Shown: in pieces, positions 1-9,881 of the stretch | How the letters are laid out: each line of letters begins with the position of its first letter | Numbering within the stretch: the stretch's first letter is position 1 | Origin: Microcoleus sp. | GTDB taxonomy: Bacteria > Cyanobacteriota > Cyanobacteriia > Cyanobacteriales > Microcoleaceae | Assembly: GCA_042408215.1 (NCBI GenBank) | Contig: JAYFMW010000006.1 | Location: forward strand, 416,001-480,000 | DNA length: 64,000 nt | Reading direction: 5' to 3' | The notes under the pieces: model-generated | The model's input: only the letters and a program-made list of their open reading frames with translations | Database searches by the model: none | What the model was told of the DNA's origin: nothing | Made by a program: the position numbers and the translations under genes

Positions 1-888
1 TTTGTACTCAATTTGTCGCCTAAATTCGGAAAAATTGGCATCAGCAACCGCACCCGCCAGTTTATGGTTAGCCATAATTCCTGATACATTTAAGTCCTCA
101 ATCGCTACAACAGCGTGGTTTTTGCATATATAAGTTGTAGCTTTATGAGTCGCATCAAGTCTGATGTTTTTCACTCGTTGATGAGCCGCTGCTAACCTCA
201 ACTTTTGTCGCTGATCTCGTTGGCTACCATGAAGTTTGCGCTGCAACTGGCGCTGCAAGCGTGCTAGTTTTTGGCGCGCTTTCCTCAAAGCTTGGGGATT
301 GGCAATTACCAAGCCACTCGACAGGGTAGCCAACTGTTTAACTCCCAAATCCACACCTACAAAGTCAAGGGATTTAGGCGTAACTTTTGGCTCTATTTCA
401 TAGGTAAAGCTGATGTACCAGTTGCCAGCTTCTTGCGAAATGGTAAATTTTTTTGTGGTGACGTGAGGCAAGCCTTCATAAGTGGATACCCAGCCAAGGG
501 TGGGTAACTTCAATCGAGAGCAGCCCACAGGTATTGGTCTGCCACTAGCATCGATGGTAAAACTATCGTGCTGACCCTTTTTTTTGAACTTGGGATTACC
601 TGTCTTACCCGAAAAGAAGTTCCCAAATGCCCTACCCAGATGCTCGAAGGCATATTGAGTCACTTTCTGGCAAATGCCTGGTTCTTTCATCCAAGGATAG
701 ACAGGCTTCACGTGATTGTTAAAAAACTTCTTCAAGACCAAAGAATTAGGCTTCAATCCCTCACAATAAAGTGTTCGCCATGTCGCCAGTCCCCAATTAA
801 AAGTAAACCGAGCAATACCCGCGTGTTTGGCCATTAACACGGCTTGGGTATCGGTGAGTTTTAACTTGGTCTTGAGGGCAGTGTACAC
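1..888 (-). CDS. tnpB: TnpB family RNA-guided nuclease (IS607/IS605 OrfB-like), 3' part runs off the window
   Basis: Manual translation from GTG at 888: MYTALKTKLKLTDTQAVLMAKHAGIARFTFNWGLATW..., same frame at the window edge ...LAGAVADANFSEFRRQIEYK; typical OrfB N-terminus and RuvC-II region. Missing from the ORF track because no stop lies in the window. Confidence 0.85.
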   Translation of the reverse strand, partial: MYTALKTKLKLTDTQAVLMAKHAGIARFTFNWGLATWRTLYCEGLKPNSLVLKKFFNNHVKPVYPWMKEPGICQKVTQYAFEHLGRAFGNFFSGKTGNPKFKKKGQHDSFTIDASGRPIPVGCSRLKLPTLGWVSTYEGLPHVTTKKFTISQEAGNWYISFTYEIEPKVTPKSLDFVGVDLGVKQLATLSSGLVIANPQALRKARQKLARLQRQLQRKLHGSQRDQRQKLRLAAAHQRVKNIRLDATHKATTYICKNHAVVAIEDLNVSGIMANHKLAGAVADANFSEFRRQIEYK

Positions 889-941
889 GACGGTCGTGGG
901 TAATTCAAGTGATGCCGATTATAACATATGTCGCTCGGATG

Positions 942-1839
942 TAATACTTATTCCGGGAATGTCCTTGTTTTTGTGCTTCTAGTAATTACTCTCTTCTCTT
1001 TCTCTGCGCTCTCTGCGTTCTCTGCGGTTAAATCATTCCGATGCAGTTAGAGAGTCGATGGCAGAGTGTCCCCCACCATCTCTCCTACAAAACCGTGCTT
1101 GCGACTTTCACCGCACACGGCTCCTGAGTGATGTAATCCTGGTTATGGATACAGTACGATCGCATCACGAGATGATTTATACCGCTTGATAGTTTTCCTT
1201 TTACCCCTACATCCCACCATCAGATTTTTCTGTGGCATTAGGCTTTTAAAGGGTTACTCAGTCTCAATCTTTTACACCACCGGGCGCTGTCAGCAGATCT
1301 CTGCTATTACAGCAGAGCTTTAGCTTCTGCAACCATCCCTCACACTCACAGCTTACGGCTAGCAACCTACTTATTTTTAAGGGCTGTGAGAGCTTTACTT
1401 CGTTCCGATTACACATTGGTTGAACATGACAGCGTAATGCTTTCCACCGGGTTTTTTGGGCAGTGCTGATAAGTCAATCCGATAATTGCTTATGCCCTAT
1501 CCTTGCCTTTTGGCTTGGTCTATCAGCCATTTGACCATCTATCATAACGGTGGTTCAGACACATTTTTGCTTTCGCTACGCATATGTTCTGGCTCGACAG
1601 CTACTCCATTTGGCTAAGAGTCTTTCTGCCTTTTATCCCCGCTTTATCCTGTTAGTTGCTACCTAACAAAATAGGGGATATGCTTTTACCGCTGCACCTG
1701 CGGACTGGGACTTGACTTAACGTCTCACCCAGAAGTGTAATCAGTTATCACTAACTCGCAGCGGAGTCAGGCTAACCGTCCCTGGATAGGAGAACCTATC
1801 CATTTAGGCTAAACGAATCGCACACCAGAATTGATATAA
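942..1839. mobile_element. ~120-bp MITE-like element interrupted by a group II intron
   Basis: Imperfect terminal inverted repeats TAATACTTATTCCGG (942-956) and CCAGAATTGATATAA (1825-1839) flank a short (CTCTGCG)-type repeat; the intron lies next to the right TIR. Confidence 0.5.
1046..1823 (-). ncRNA. ORF-less group II intron (IIB/chloroplast-like type), ~778 nt
   Basis: Minus strand starts GTGCGATTCG (1823) and ends ...CATCGACTCTCTAAC (1046); domain V GAGCCGTGTGCGGTGAAAGTCGCAAGCACGGTTT at 1123-1090 with AGC triad, followed by a domain VI hairpin; too short to encode an RT. Confidence 0.9.
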
Positions 1840-1906
1840 AGAATAATCAACAGTCAACGGTCAACCCCCAAAGGGTCAACCATCAACCGTCAACCATCAA
1901 CCCTCA

Positions 1907-4201
1907 TCAAAACTCTTGAGATTTTGCTGCTGTTTTTGCCCGATCGAGCTTCAAAATCAACACACCCAAAGGCGGCAAACACAAATCGATCGAATAAGCA
2001 CTGTTGTGGAACCACCACTCATCAGTCCACTTGCCCCCCAAATTCCCCATATTGCTGCCACCGTACTCCCGCGCGTCGCTATTAAACAACTCCGTATAGA
2101 AACCCGGTTCCGGCACTCCTACCCGATAATGAGAATGTGGCTGCGGCGTAAAATTGCAAACCGTCACCACAAACTGATCGCCATCCTTCTCGCGACGCAC
2201 AAAAGCCACCACGCTGTGCCGGTTATCACTGCAATCAATCCAGTCAAACCCGTCCTCAGCAAAATCTTGACTGTAAAGTGCCGATTCGCTGCGGTACAAA
2301 TGGTTTAAATCCTTAAAAAACAGCTTCAACTTTTGGTGTGGCTCAAATTGCAGCAAACGCCACTCCAAATCCCCCCAAACGTTCCACTCTTGCCACTGGC
2401 CGAACTCCATCCCCATAAACATGGTTTTCTTGCCTGGGTGAGCAAACATAAAAGTAAACAAACACCGGACGTTCGCACACTTTTGCCATTCGTCTCCTGG
2501 CATTTTCCCAATGATATGGCTCTTGCCGTGAACTACCTCGTCGTGGGATAGCGCCAGCATAAAATTCTCGCTGTGGTTGTACCACATACTGAAAGTTATG
2601 TTGTTCTGGTGAAACTGGCGGAACCACGGGTCCATGTGGAAATAGTCCAACATATCGTGCATCCACCCCATGTTCCACTTCAGATTGAAGCCCAAACCGC
2701 CTACATAAGTCGGCCAAGAAACCATCGGCCAAGAGGTAGATTCTTCGGCGATCGACAGTGCACCAGGGAAATAGCTGAAAATTGTATGATTGACCTGCCG
2801 CAGAAAATCTGCCGCCTCGATATTTTCGCGCCCCCCGTACTGGTTAGTCAGCCATTCTCCGGGTTCGCGACAGTAATCCAAATACAGCATCGAAGCCACC
2901 GCATCCACCCGAATCCCGTCGATGTGGTACTTGTCAAACCAGAACAGAGCGTTTGCTACTAAAAAATTCCGCACCTCGTTGCGGCCGTAGTTAAATACCA
3001 GGGTTCCCCACTCCTTGTGTTCGCCTTTGCGCGGGTCGGCGTGTTCGTACAAGTGAGAGCCGTCAAAGAAAGCCAAACCGTGACCATCTTTGGGGAAATG
3101 TCCCGGCACCCAGTCCACCAGTACACCAATGCCTGCGGCGTGGCATTGGTCAACAAAATACATAAAATCTTCAGGTTTGCCGTAGCGGGAAGTTGGGGCA
3201 AAATAGCCCGTTACTTGATAGCCCCAAGAACCGTCGAAAGGATGTTCTGCGATCGGCAGCATTTCGATGTGGGTGTATCCTAAATCTTTGACGTAAGGAA
3301 TCAGTCGATCGGCCAATTCCCGGTAAGTCAAAAACCGCGCCCCTGGGTTGAGTTCCGAAACCTGCACTGCTGGTTCTATTTCCCCATTTGGCCGCACTGC
3401 GGGTTCGCTAGCACCCGCGTGCAGCCAAGAACCCATGTGGCATTCGTAAACCGAAATCGGCTGCGTCAGTTGGTCTGTGTGCCGCCGCTGTTCGATCCAA
3501 GCGCTGTCTTGCCAAGTGTAGGTGTCTAAGTCCGTGACAATTGATGCTGTTTTCGGTCGCACTTCTTGCTGGAAACCGTAAGGGTCGGACTTTTCGTAGG
3601 GATGTCCGTCTTGGTTTTTCACTTCGTATTTGTAGTGAGTCCCCGCATCGAGTCCCGGAATAAATAATTCCCAGATGCCGTTTTGGGATTTCCGCATTTG
3701 ATGTTTGCGGCCGTCCCAATAGTTGAAATCCCCTAAAACTGAAACGTTGCGGGCATTGGGAGCCCAAACGGCAAAATACACTCCTGTGATGCCGTCTACT
3801 TGGGTGATGTGCGCCCCCAGTTTTTCGTAGATCCGGTGGTGATTGCCTTCTGAGAATAGGTGCTGGTCGAATTCTGTGAGTTTGGGCGATCGAAAGGCGT
3901 AGGGATCGTAGATGAAGCGCTCGTGTTCCCCTTCTTTGACCCGCAATTGATAGTTGGCTAGTTCTGGGGTGTCGATCGTACATTCAAAAAAGTGAGGGTG
4001 GTGTACCGATTGCATCGAGTATTCTGTCCTCGCTTCTGGTACAACCACCGATACGGCATCGGCATTCGGCAGATAAGCTCGCACGGCCCAGGCTTTTTTG
4101 CCGTTTTCTTCGATCGCGTGGGGGCCAAGCACTTCAAAGGGATCGTGGTGCTGGTTCCACACAATGCGGTCAATCTGTTCAAAGGGGACGGTCACGGGCA
4201 T
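1907..4201 (-). CDS. glgB: 1,4-alpha-glucan branching enzyme
   Basis: GH13 motifs [32 protein letters not shown]; likely start MPVTVPFEQ at 4201. Confidence 0.97.
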   Translation of the reverse strand: MPVTVPFEQIDRIVWNQHHDPFEVLGPHAIEENGKKAWAVRAYLPNADAVSVVVPEARTEYSMQSVHHPHFFECTIDTPELANYQLRVKEGEHERFIYDPYAFRSPKLTEFDQHLFSEGNHHRIYEKLGAHITQVDGITGVYFAVWAPNARNVSVLGDFNYWDGRKHQMRKSQNGIWELFIPGLDAGTHYKYEVKNQDGHPYEKSDPYGFQQEVRPKTASIVTDLDTYTWQDSAWIEQRRHTDQLTQPISVYECHMGSWLHAGASEPAVRPNGEIEPAVQVSELNPGARFLTYRELADRLIPYVKDLGYTHIEMLPIAEHPFDGSWGYQVTGYFAPTSRYGKPEDFMYFVDQCHAAGIGVLVDWVPGHFPKDGHGLAFFDGSHLYEHADPRKGEHKEWGTLVFNYGRNEVRNFLVANALFWFDKYHIDGIRVDAVASMLYLDYCREPGEWLTNQYGGRENIEAADFLRQVNHTIFSYFPGALSIAEESTSWPMVSWPTYVGGLGFNLKWNMGWMHDMLDYFHMDPWFRQFHQNNITFSMWYNHSENFMLALSHDEVVHGKSHIIGKMPGDEWQKCANVRCLFTFMFAHPGKKTMFMGMEFGQWQEWNVWGDLEWRLLQFEPHQKLKLFFKDLNHLYRSESALYSQDFAEDGFDWIDCSDNRHSVVAFVRREKDGDQFVVTVCNFTPQPHSHYRVGVPEPGFYTELFNSDAREYGGSNMGNLGGKWTDEWWFHNSAYSIDLCLPPLGVLILKLDRAKTAAKSQEF

Positions 4202-4277
4202 AAAACTACTTACCTTCAATTAACTAAATTGCTTTCAAAACCGTTGGTGGCGCTGCACTTTACATTTGTATACAATT

Positions 4278-5811
4278 GTCAATTACCCATCATCAATCGG
4301 AGTACCGATCTGATGGGGGCTTGTATCTGAACTCCACCGCAATTCTGAGAACCTTCGCAGGATTTCAGCTTTAGTTTCAACGCTCGACACATTGGGGCGC
4401 ACTGACAAGGCGCCCGTACAAGTCCAGTCTTGCCGGACAAGCAACGTTCTCATGGCAATATTCCTGCTTCCTACCAAATCAGCGTGTAACTCATGTCCAC
4501 AGCATTCGCATCGAAATAATAGTCCTTTATTCGGTCGGTTAGCCTTCGATGTGTGACCACATTTAGGACAACTTTGCGAAGTGTATTGAGCAGGGACTTT
4601 AGTGGCTAAAGAGCTATTCAAAATAGCCTTATAGTCAATATAGCCGTGTAATTCGGCAAAAGACCACTTAGCTTTATTCCGGTGAGCTTCACGCTGTTTC
4701 TTGCTAGCTTTTTTGCCAGATCTTGATTGAGTCCTATCCCGTATTCCGGTTAGGTCTTCTAATCCAATTAAGCTGTTAGGCTTAGCAATTTGCTTGCTGA
4801 TTTGATGGTTAACATCAGCGATAAACCGTCTTTCTTTTCCAGACAAAGCGATTAATCTCCGCTTGGCCGAACGAGTGCCTTTACGCTGAAGAGTTTGCCT
4901 TGATTTGTGATAGCGGTCAGCCTTGTGTCTAGCTGACTGGGCTGAGTAGAATTTAGACTTGTTGTTTAAGTCTGTTTCTACGGCCAGGTAGCGCATTCCC
5001 ACATCAACACCAGAAACTCTGGTTATTGTTAGTGGGTCAACTTCTGGCGTTGTAACTTCCAAGCTCACCATTAAATAGTAAGTTTTAGATGACCGCTGAT
5101 AGACGATTTTAGCTGCGCCAATCTTAGAACCATTAGCAATTAAGGCTAAATGCTTATTGTAGCCATCATAATCAACTACTATTCGACCTTCAAGAGTGAT
5201 AAGACTTACTTGTTGATTGGTTTTGAATGAGTAATCTCGCTGATAGTTCAATGTACAAGTTCTAGAAACGTATTTAGGAGCTTTGTCTAGTCCCTTATAT
5301 CGTTTCTTGGTGTAGCCTTTGGCAATAGCATTGGTATTTTGTTTTACCTTAGTCCACAGGGTTTTGTATGTTGCAGAAACTTGTCTAGGTACATTGCAAG
5401 CCATTTGCGCTCCCAGCCCAAACCTAACTCTTAACTCGTTGTAGACAACTTTCTGCAACTTAGCCCCGTTACTGGTTTTACCTGCATCAAAGGCGACTCG
5501 TGAAGTATAGTTCAAAGCGTCGCGGTATGCCAAAGCAGTCTGAGACACCAAGGTTTTTTGCTCGGTTGTCAGATTTAATTTTAGTTTGGCGGTGATGGCT
5601 TGAGGCATTTTCTTCAACAAACTCTATTATTAGAGTATATCGTGAAATTAATTCGGTCAAGTCAGGAGTAAAGATTTGTTCATTCTTCGCCCGAAAGAGC
5701 CCCCCCATCTCAAGATGTTGTTTGGAGTGGGGGCGAGACTCCTTACTCACGCCCATTCCTCCCGCCACTAACCTGAGTACAGGTATAGTGGGGGAATCCT
5801 GCTGGTTTTGG
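4278..5811 (-). mobile_element. IS200/IS605-family (IS1341-like, tnpB-only) element
   Basis: Left-end hairpin ~5755-5800 following target TCAA; right end CAAG-hairpin-...GGGTAATTGAC ending at 4278; contains tnpB. Confidence 0.8.
4283..5608 (-). CDS. tnpB: TnpB RNA-guided nuclease, apparently intact
   Basis: RuvC D/E/D motifs GVDVG, IGLEDL, HADLVG; zinc ribbon CPKC..CECC; start MPQAITAK. Confidence 0.93.
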   Translation of the reverse strand: MPQAITAKLKLNLTTEQKTLVSQTALAYRDALNYTSRVAFDAGKTSNGAKLQKVVYNELRVRFGLGAQMACNVPRQVSATYKTLWTKVKQNTNAIAKGYTKKRYKGLDKAPKYVSRTCTLNYQRDYSFKTNQQVSLITLEGRIVVDYDGYNKHLALIANGSKIGAAKIVYQRSSKTYYLMVSLEVTTPEVDPLTITRVSGVDVGMRYLAVETDLNNKSKFYSAQSARHKADRYHKSRQTLQRKGTRSAKRRLIALSGKERRFIADVNHQISKQIAKPNSLIGLEDLTGIRDRTQSRSGKKASKKQREAHRNKAKWSFAELHGYIDYKAILNSSLATKVPAQYTSQSCPKCGHTSKANRPNKGLLFRCECCGHELHADLVGSRNIAMRTLLVRQDWTCTGALSVRPNVSSVETKAEILRRFSELRWSSDTSPHQIGTPIDDG

Positions 5812-6049
5812 TTGAAAACTTTATATTTTTTCCTAAATATCCTTGACTTTTTCTTGATTGTGTGGTATTGACTCGTTGTCAAAGACAAGATTCGGCTGCT
5901 AATCATTAATAGCTGAAATTTTCAGGCGGGCGATCGCTTTTAGGAGTGCTGTTTCATCAAGCCTGCTACTAGGTTTGAGCCATGCTCAAGCCACAGGGCG
6001 GGCTGCATTTTTTGTGGTAAAAGCATCAGGCCACAACCACAACCCAGGC

Positions 6050-6105
6050 TGTCATCCCCCGGCTAACCTGAGACAGGTTGAGCGGGGGACTTCCCGCCGA
6101 GAGGG
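6050..6105 (-). mobile_element. Orphan IS605-type left-end hairpin
   Basis: Minus strand TTCA|CCCTCTCGGCGGG-AAGT-CCCCCGCTCAACCTGTCTCAGGTTAGCCGGGGGATG resembles the left end at 5755-5811; no ORF follows. Confidence 0.5.
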
Positions 6106-6184
6106 TGAAAAAATGTGAGGAGCAAACCATTTTTCAGCAGCAGGCTAGGCCAGTTGGCCAAGCACCCTGCGATCATCCCTCTGG

Positions 6185-6430
6185 TTAGGGCTTTTTAGGA
6201 GCAGCAGGAGTAGCTGCGCCACCTGCTGCCGGAGTCTTTTCAGCCCCAGGAGTCTTTTCAGCCCCAGGAGTCTTTTCAGCCCCAGGAGTCTTTGGAGTTT
6301 CCTTGGTTACGGGAGGAGGAGGGGTCTTGCCTTCGGGAGGAGGAGTAGTGGTCTCACCACCGCAGGCGCCGAGAGCGGCAGCCAAGCCCAGTGCCAAAGT
6401 CAGACGAATCAATCCCTTGTTCATAAACAC
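6185..6430 (-). CDS. Small Pro/Thr/Lys-rich lipoprotein with 3x PGAEKT repeat
   Basis: Signal peptide with lipobox LGAC; exact 18-bp tandem repeats; GGAG upstream of the start region. Confidence 0.7.
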   Translation of the reverse strand: MFMNKGLIRLTLALGLAAALGACGGETTTPPPEGKTPPPPVTKETPKTPGAEKTPGAEKTPGAEKTPAAGGAATPAAPKKP

Positions 6431-6800
6431 TCCTTAATATTGAAAACCCATCGCAAGGCATGGGATAGTGTACTTGAGAACTAATGCTGGCACGAATAGA
6501 GCGATGATTAGCTCGTTGATTACAATACTGCATTTAGTTACATAATCTCACACCAAATCTTAGATGATGGTGTGAGCCGACCCCCAACCCGATTCAAGGT
6601 ATGTCGGATTTGTTTCGAGGTACAAAGGTTTCCCTCTCAAGCGTTCGATAGTGAGGAAGATGCGGGTCCCACTCCCCGAAGGTATGAATAATTTTTTCTA
6701 CCCCCCCAGCATCCTAACCGGCAATGTTTTACTTTTTTGCAAATTCAGTCTAGTCAAAGAGGTTTGACTAGACCTTGGTAGGATAGTTTGGTTTGTCGAT

Positions 6801-7249
6801 CGGGAGATTGGGTTGAAAACCCCCGTCCTTCTAGGACGGCTTGAATTTCTTAAATCCATCTTAAAAAATTCCTGTAATTGTTTGCGATCTACTATAGTGG
6901 TCGTGAGTTAAACTCCTTTGCCATCGTGAAACAGTTGAGACACACTTTTAGGCATCAGGTGTTAGCCACAGAGTGGCGATAACTCTGAAAACAGCTAGAG
7001 AATCAACTCTCTCTACCAGAGAATAAATAATTTGGTTTCATAGATTAAGTAGGGCGGGGCGGGCCCTCACTCTAGGTTTGTATCAAGCGTACGATGAGTG
7101 GAGATAGACCCAAAGAGGGTGACAGTGAGTTAGACTTGGCGATTGGTACTATTGTACGGTTGAGAGGTTTAAGGATTGCCTTTGGACAGTGCTTAAAGGT
7201 CAGTGGCTGAATTAAGAATCCCCACGCCTTGATAGCTGGGGAGTGTCAA
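6801..7249 (+). mobile_element. ORF-less IS605-derived miniature element (mini 1)
   Basis: Left end CCCCGTCCTTCTAGGACGGCTT matches the tnpB elements ending at 27092/39806/53156; right end AAGAATCCCC...GGGGAGTGTCAA; left boundary approximate. Confidence 0.8.
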
Positions 7250-7629
7250 GAGGTTGATTAACAGTAAGACTTTTTCTGACATTTGCTAACAATCACTTAC
7301 ATTGGCCCGAGGTCTTTATGTCGTGTAGAATGAATTTAGCCGCTCGGATTTAGGTGAAAAACCTTGGTAGTAAGCAACCTCTATCTAAATAAGTTGCCTC
7401 TACAGTATCAAAGCAAATAAAATCAAGATTGGCTAAATGCGGTCACGCAAAAACCAAGCTGAACGCTCATAGTACAAGTGCTTGTAGAGATTTCTACGGG
7501 CATTGGTTGATACGCCTTAGTTGAGAACTGAGCTCAACTTATGTATTTGTTAGCAAACGTTAGCAAAAAAGTATCGGTATCTTTGGTGAAGTACCCACCA
7601 CCAAATAGGGGACTTAGGCCTCCTTAGCT

Positions 7630-9066
7630 GAAACAGCATTCATCCCCGCGCTCTACCCGCCTCGGGTGAGCGAGGGGATGAATGCGAGTGAGCCGCCGAT
7701 TCCACCTGTCCACGAGACGCTCTCGTCGCAGCCAGCGTGAGATGGGCGGGTGGATGAGAAGGGGAACAAAATCCTTGATTGACCATTAGCTTGTTTTGTT
7801 TGATCATGGTTCTAGTAACTGCGATAAAATTTATTGTGTTGAAGGCGGTCAAAGTCAGAATTTATCCAAACACCCTGCAACAAAGTCATTTGGCGCAAGC
7901 AGGCGGCTGTGTTCGATGGATATGGAATCAATCTCTGGCTACGATGTCCCAAACCTACAAGGAAACTGGGAAGGGCGTATCGGCTTTGACGATGAAGAAA
8001 CAGATTCCAGTATGGAAGACCGAGCATGAATGGCTGAAGCAATGCTATTCGCAGTGTCGGCCGTCGTCCGTACTTAATTTGTCTCAAGCTTTTATCAATT
8101 TCTTTGATGGTCGAACAGGAGATCCGACCTTCAAAAAACGTCAGGGCAGACAGTCGATGCAATACCCTCAGAACGTTAAAATCATGAGGGATTCTGAGAT
8201 TAAATTCCCTGGCAATCTTAGACTGGTTAAAGCTAAAATTCATCGCGATCTTGTTGGTGATTTAAAGACTGTGACGGTATCCAAAATGCCTGATGGTCGT
8301 TATTATGCTTCATTGCTGATGGAGGATGGTATTGACAATCTAGTGACAAATAAAGACGGTAAAGCTATTGGTATCGACCTTGGCTTACTAGATTTTGCAG
8401 TCACATCTGATGGCTCGAAATACCAGAACCCTCGACATCTCAAAAAGTACGAACGCAACTATCAGCGTAAACAGCGCCAGCTATCTAGAAAGAAGGACAA
8501 GACAACCAACAGACGACGCAAGGCGTGTCGAGCTGTAGCCAAAGTCCATGCAAAAATAGCTAGAGTCCGTGAAGATTTCCGACACAAACTATCCCGTAAG
8601 GTAGTTAACGAAAACCAAGTGATTGTGGTCGAAAATCTGGCAGTAAAGAACATGGTTAAAAATCATTGCTTGGCTAAATCCATTGCTGATGCTGGCTGGG
8701 GAAGGTTCTGCACTATGCTCAAATACAAAGCAGAAAGTGAAGGTAAAATCTATCTAGAAGTAGGTCGCTTTTTCCCGTCATCTCATCTGTGTTCAAACAC
8801 TTTACTGTCGTTGCCAAAGATGGAGCTATCGGTACGTGAATTTGACTGTCCCCACTGCTCTAAGCGACACGATCGAGACATTAATGCAGCTATTAATATC
8901 AAGAATGAAGGCTTACGGTTATTGACGTTGGGAACCAGCGTTACTGCCAAGGGAGGCAATGTAAGACCAAAACAGTATGGGCGTAAGTCTACTACTGTCG
9001 AGGCGGTTGCCCTTGAACTTGGAAGCCCGCTCTCTATCGCGTAGCGATGAGAGTCGGGTAGTTCAC
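7630..9066 (+). mobile_element. IS200/IS605-family tnpB-only element
   Basis: Left hairpin CATTCATCCCC...GGGGATGAATG (~7637-7684); right end GAAG-CCCG...CGGGTAGTTCAC at 9066; left boundary approximate. Confidence 0.75.
7836..9044 (+). CDS. tnpB: TnpB RNA-guided nuclease
   Basis: VLKAVKVRIYP N-terminus; GIDLG, VVENL, DRDINAA motifs; first zinc knuckle reads CSNT. Confidence 0.93.
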   Translation: MLKAVKVRIYPNTLQQSHLAQAGGCVRWIWNQSLATMSQTYKETGKGVSALTMKKQIPVWKTEHEWLKQCYSQCRPSSVLNLSQAFINFFDGRTGDPTFKKRQGRQSMQYPQNVKIMRDSEIKFPGNLRLVKAKIHRDLVGDLKTVTVSKMPDGRYYASLLMEDGIDNLVTNKDGKAIGIDLGLLDFAVTSDGSKYQNPRHLKKYERNYQRKQRQLSRKKDKTTNRRRKACRAVAKVHAKIARVREDFRHKLSRKVVNENQVIVVENLAVKNMVKNHCLAKSIADAGWGRFCTMLKYKAESEGKIYLEVGRFFPSSHLCSNTLLSLPKMELSVREFDCPHCSKRHDRDINAAINIKNEGLRLLTLGTSVTAKGGNVRPKQYGRKSTTVEAVALELGSPLSIA

Positions 9067-9097
9067 TTAAACTGAACTCTAGGTATTGGTGAATTTT

Positions 9098-9694
9098 ATG
9101 ACTGCTGCTATTAAATCTCTCTCTTCGATCAAAAACCGAAGCCGCTCTCAATCGGCCCGCAAGCCCGCTGTCGCCCCCAAAAACAGCAAAGTTACTCCCA
9201 TTTCCCGATCGAGGCGGGCGAAGACAGAGCCGGCACTGCCTAACTACTCGGTAGCCGAACCAGCCCAGCCTGGGCCCAGGCCCAGAGCATCCGCGATCAA
9301 AGTCCTGCCCAATCCTCAGTGGCAGCCCCTGTGGCTACGATCGCTCCTAGGGGTGCAGCAGGCCTCTACAGTTGCAGTTGTCTTGCTGTTGGGAGGAGCT
9401 TTGAGTCTCTATGGCTTAACTGTTTACGGCGAACAGCGCTGGACGATTGAGTATCAAAAGCTGGAAACTCTGCGCCGGAGCGAACAGCAGTTGAGCGCTG
9501 CTAGCGAAGTGTTGAAACACCAACTGGCTAAAGAGGCGGAAAATCCAACAACGGGTTTAGCACCGCAGAAGCCTTCAGAAACGATTTTCTTGTCGCCAGT
9601 GCCTGAAAGTCGATCGCCCCAAGCGGATCGGGTCCCAAACTCAGAAACTGCTCGCAAGCATCAAGCTGCTGTTGAAACGCCCCTGGGCTATTGA
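9098..9694 (+). CDS. FtsL-like cell division membrane protein
   Basis: Single TM helix followed by a coiled coil, C-terminal PLGY, directly upstream of the PBP gene. Confidence 0.65.
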   Translation: MTAAIKSLSSIKNRSRSQSARKPAVAPKNSKVTPISRSRRAKTEPALPNYSVAEPAQPGPRPRASAIKVLPNPQWQPLWLRSLLGVQQASTVAVVLLLGGALSLYGLTVYGEQRWTIEYQKLETLRRSEQQLSAASEVLKHQLAKEAENPTTGLAPQKPSETIFLSPVPESRSPQADRVPNSETARKHQAAVETPLGY

Positions 9695-9696
9695 TT

Positions 9697-9878
9697 CGGG
9701 GAATGGGGCATGGGGCATGGGGGATGGGGGATGGGGGATGGGGAATGGGGCATTGCTAATTGGTAGTAAATCACCAATGACTAATGACTAATGACTAATG
9801 ACTACTGACTACTGACTACTGACTAATGACTACTGACTAATGACTACTGACTAATGACTACTGACTACTGACTACTAA
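9697..9878. repeat. STRR heptamer tracts (GGGGAAT/GGGGCAT and TGACTAA/TGACTAC)
   Basis: Direct tandem 7-mers visible. Confidence 0.9.
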
Positions 9879-9881
9879 CTT

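Noticed and set aside
271..837. Plus-strand ORFs 271..507 and 568..837
   Set aside because: Antisense shadows of the minus-strand tnpB; the same applies to most short ORFs overlapping glgB, ftsI, hpsA, the kinases and other tnpBs
1124..1300. Reverse transcriptase, DGR or retron associated with the intron
   Set aside because: No RT ORF or YADD motif seen in the window, and no template/variable repeat pair with adenine-specific differences
7246..7259. 14-bp match TCAAGAGGTTGATT between the mini 1 end/guide and 27329-27342
   Set aside because: Short, found post hoc, and only 10 nt fall in the putative guide; not enough to claim targeting
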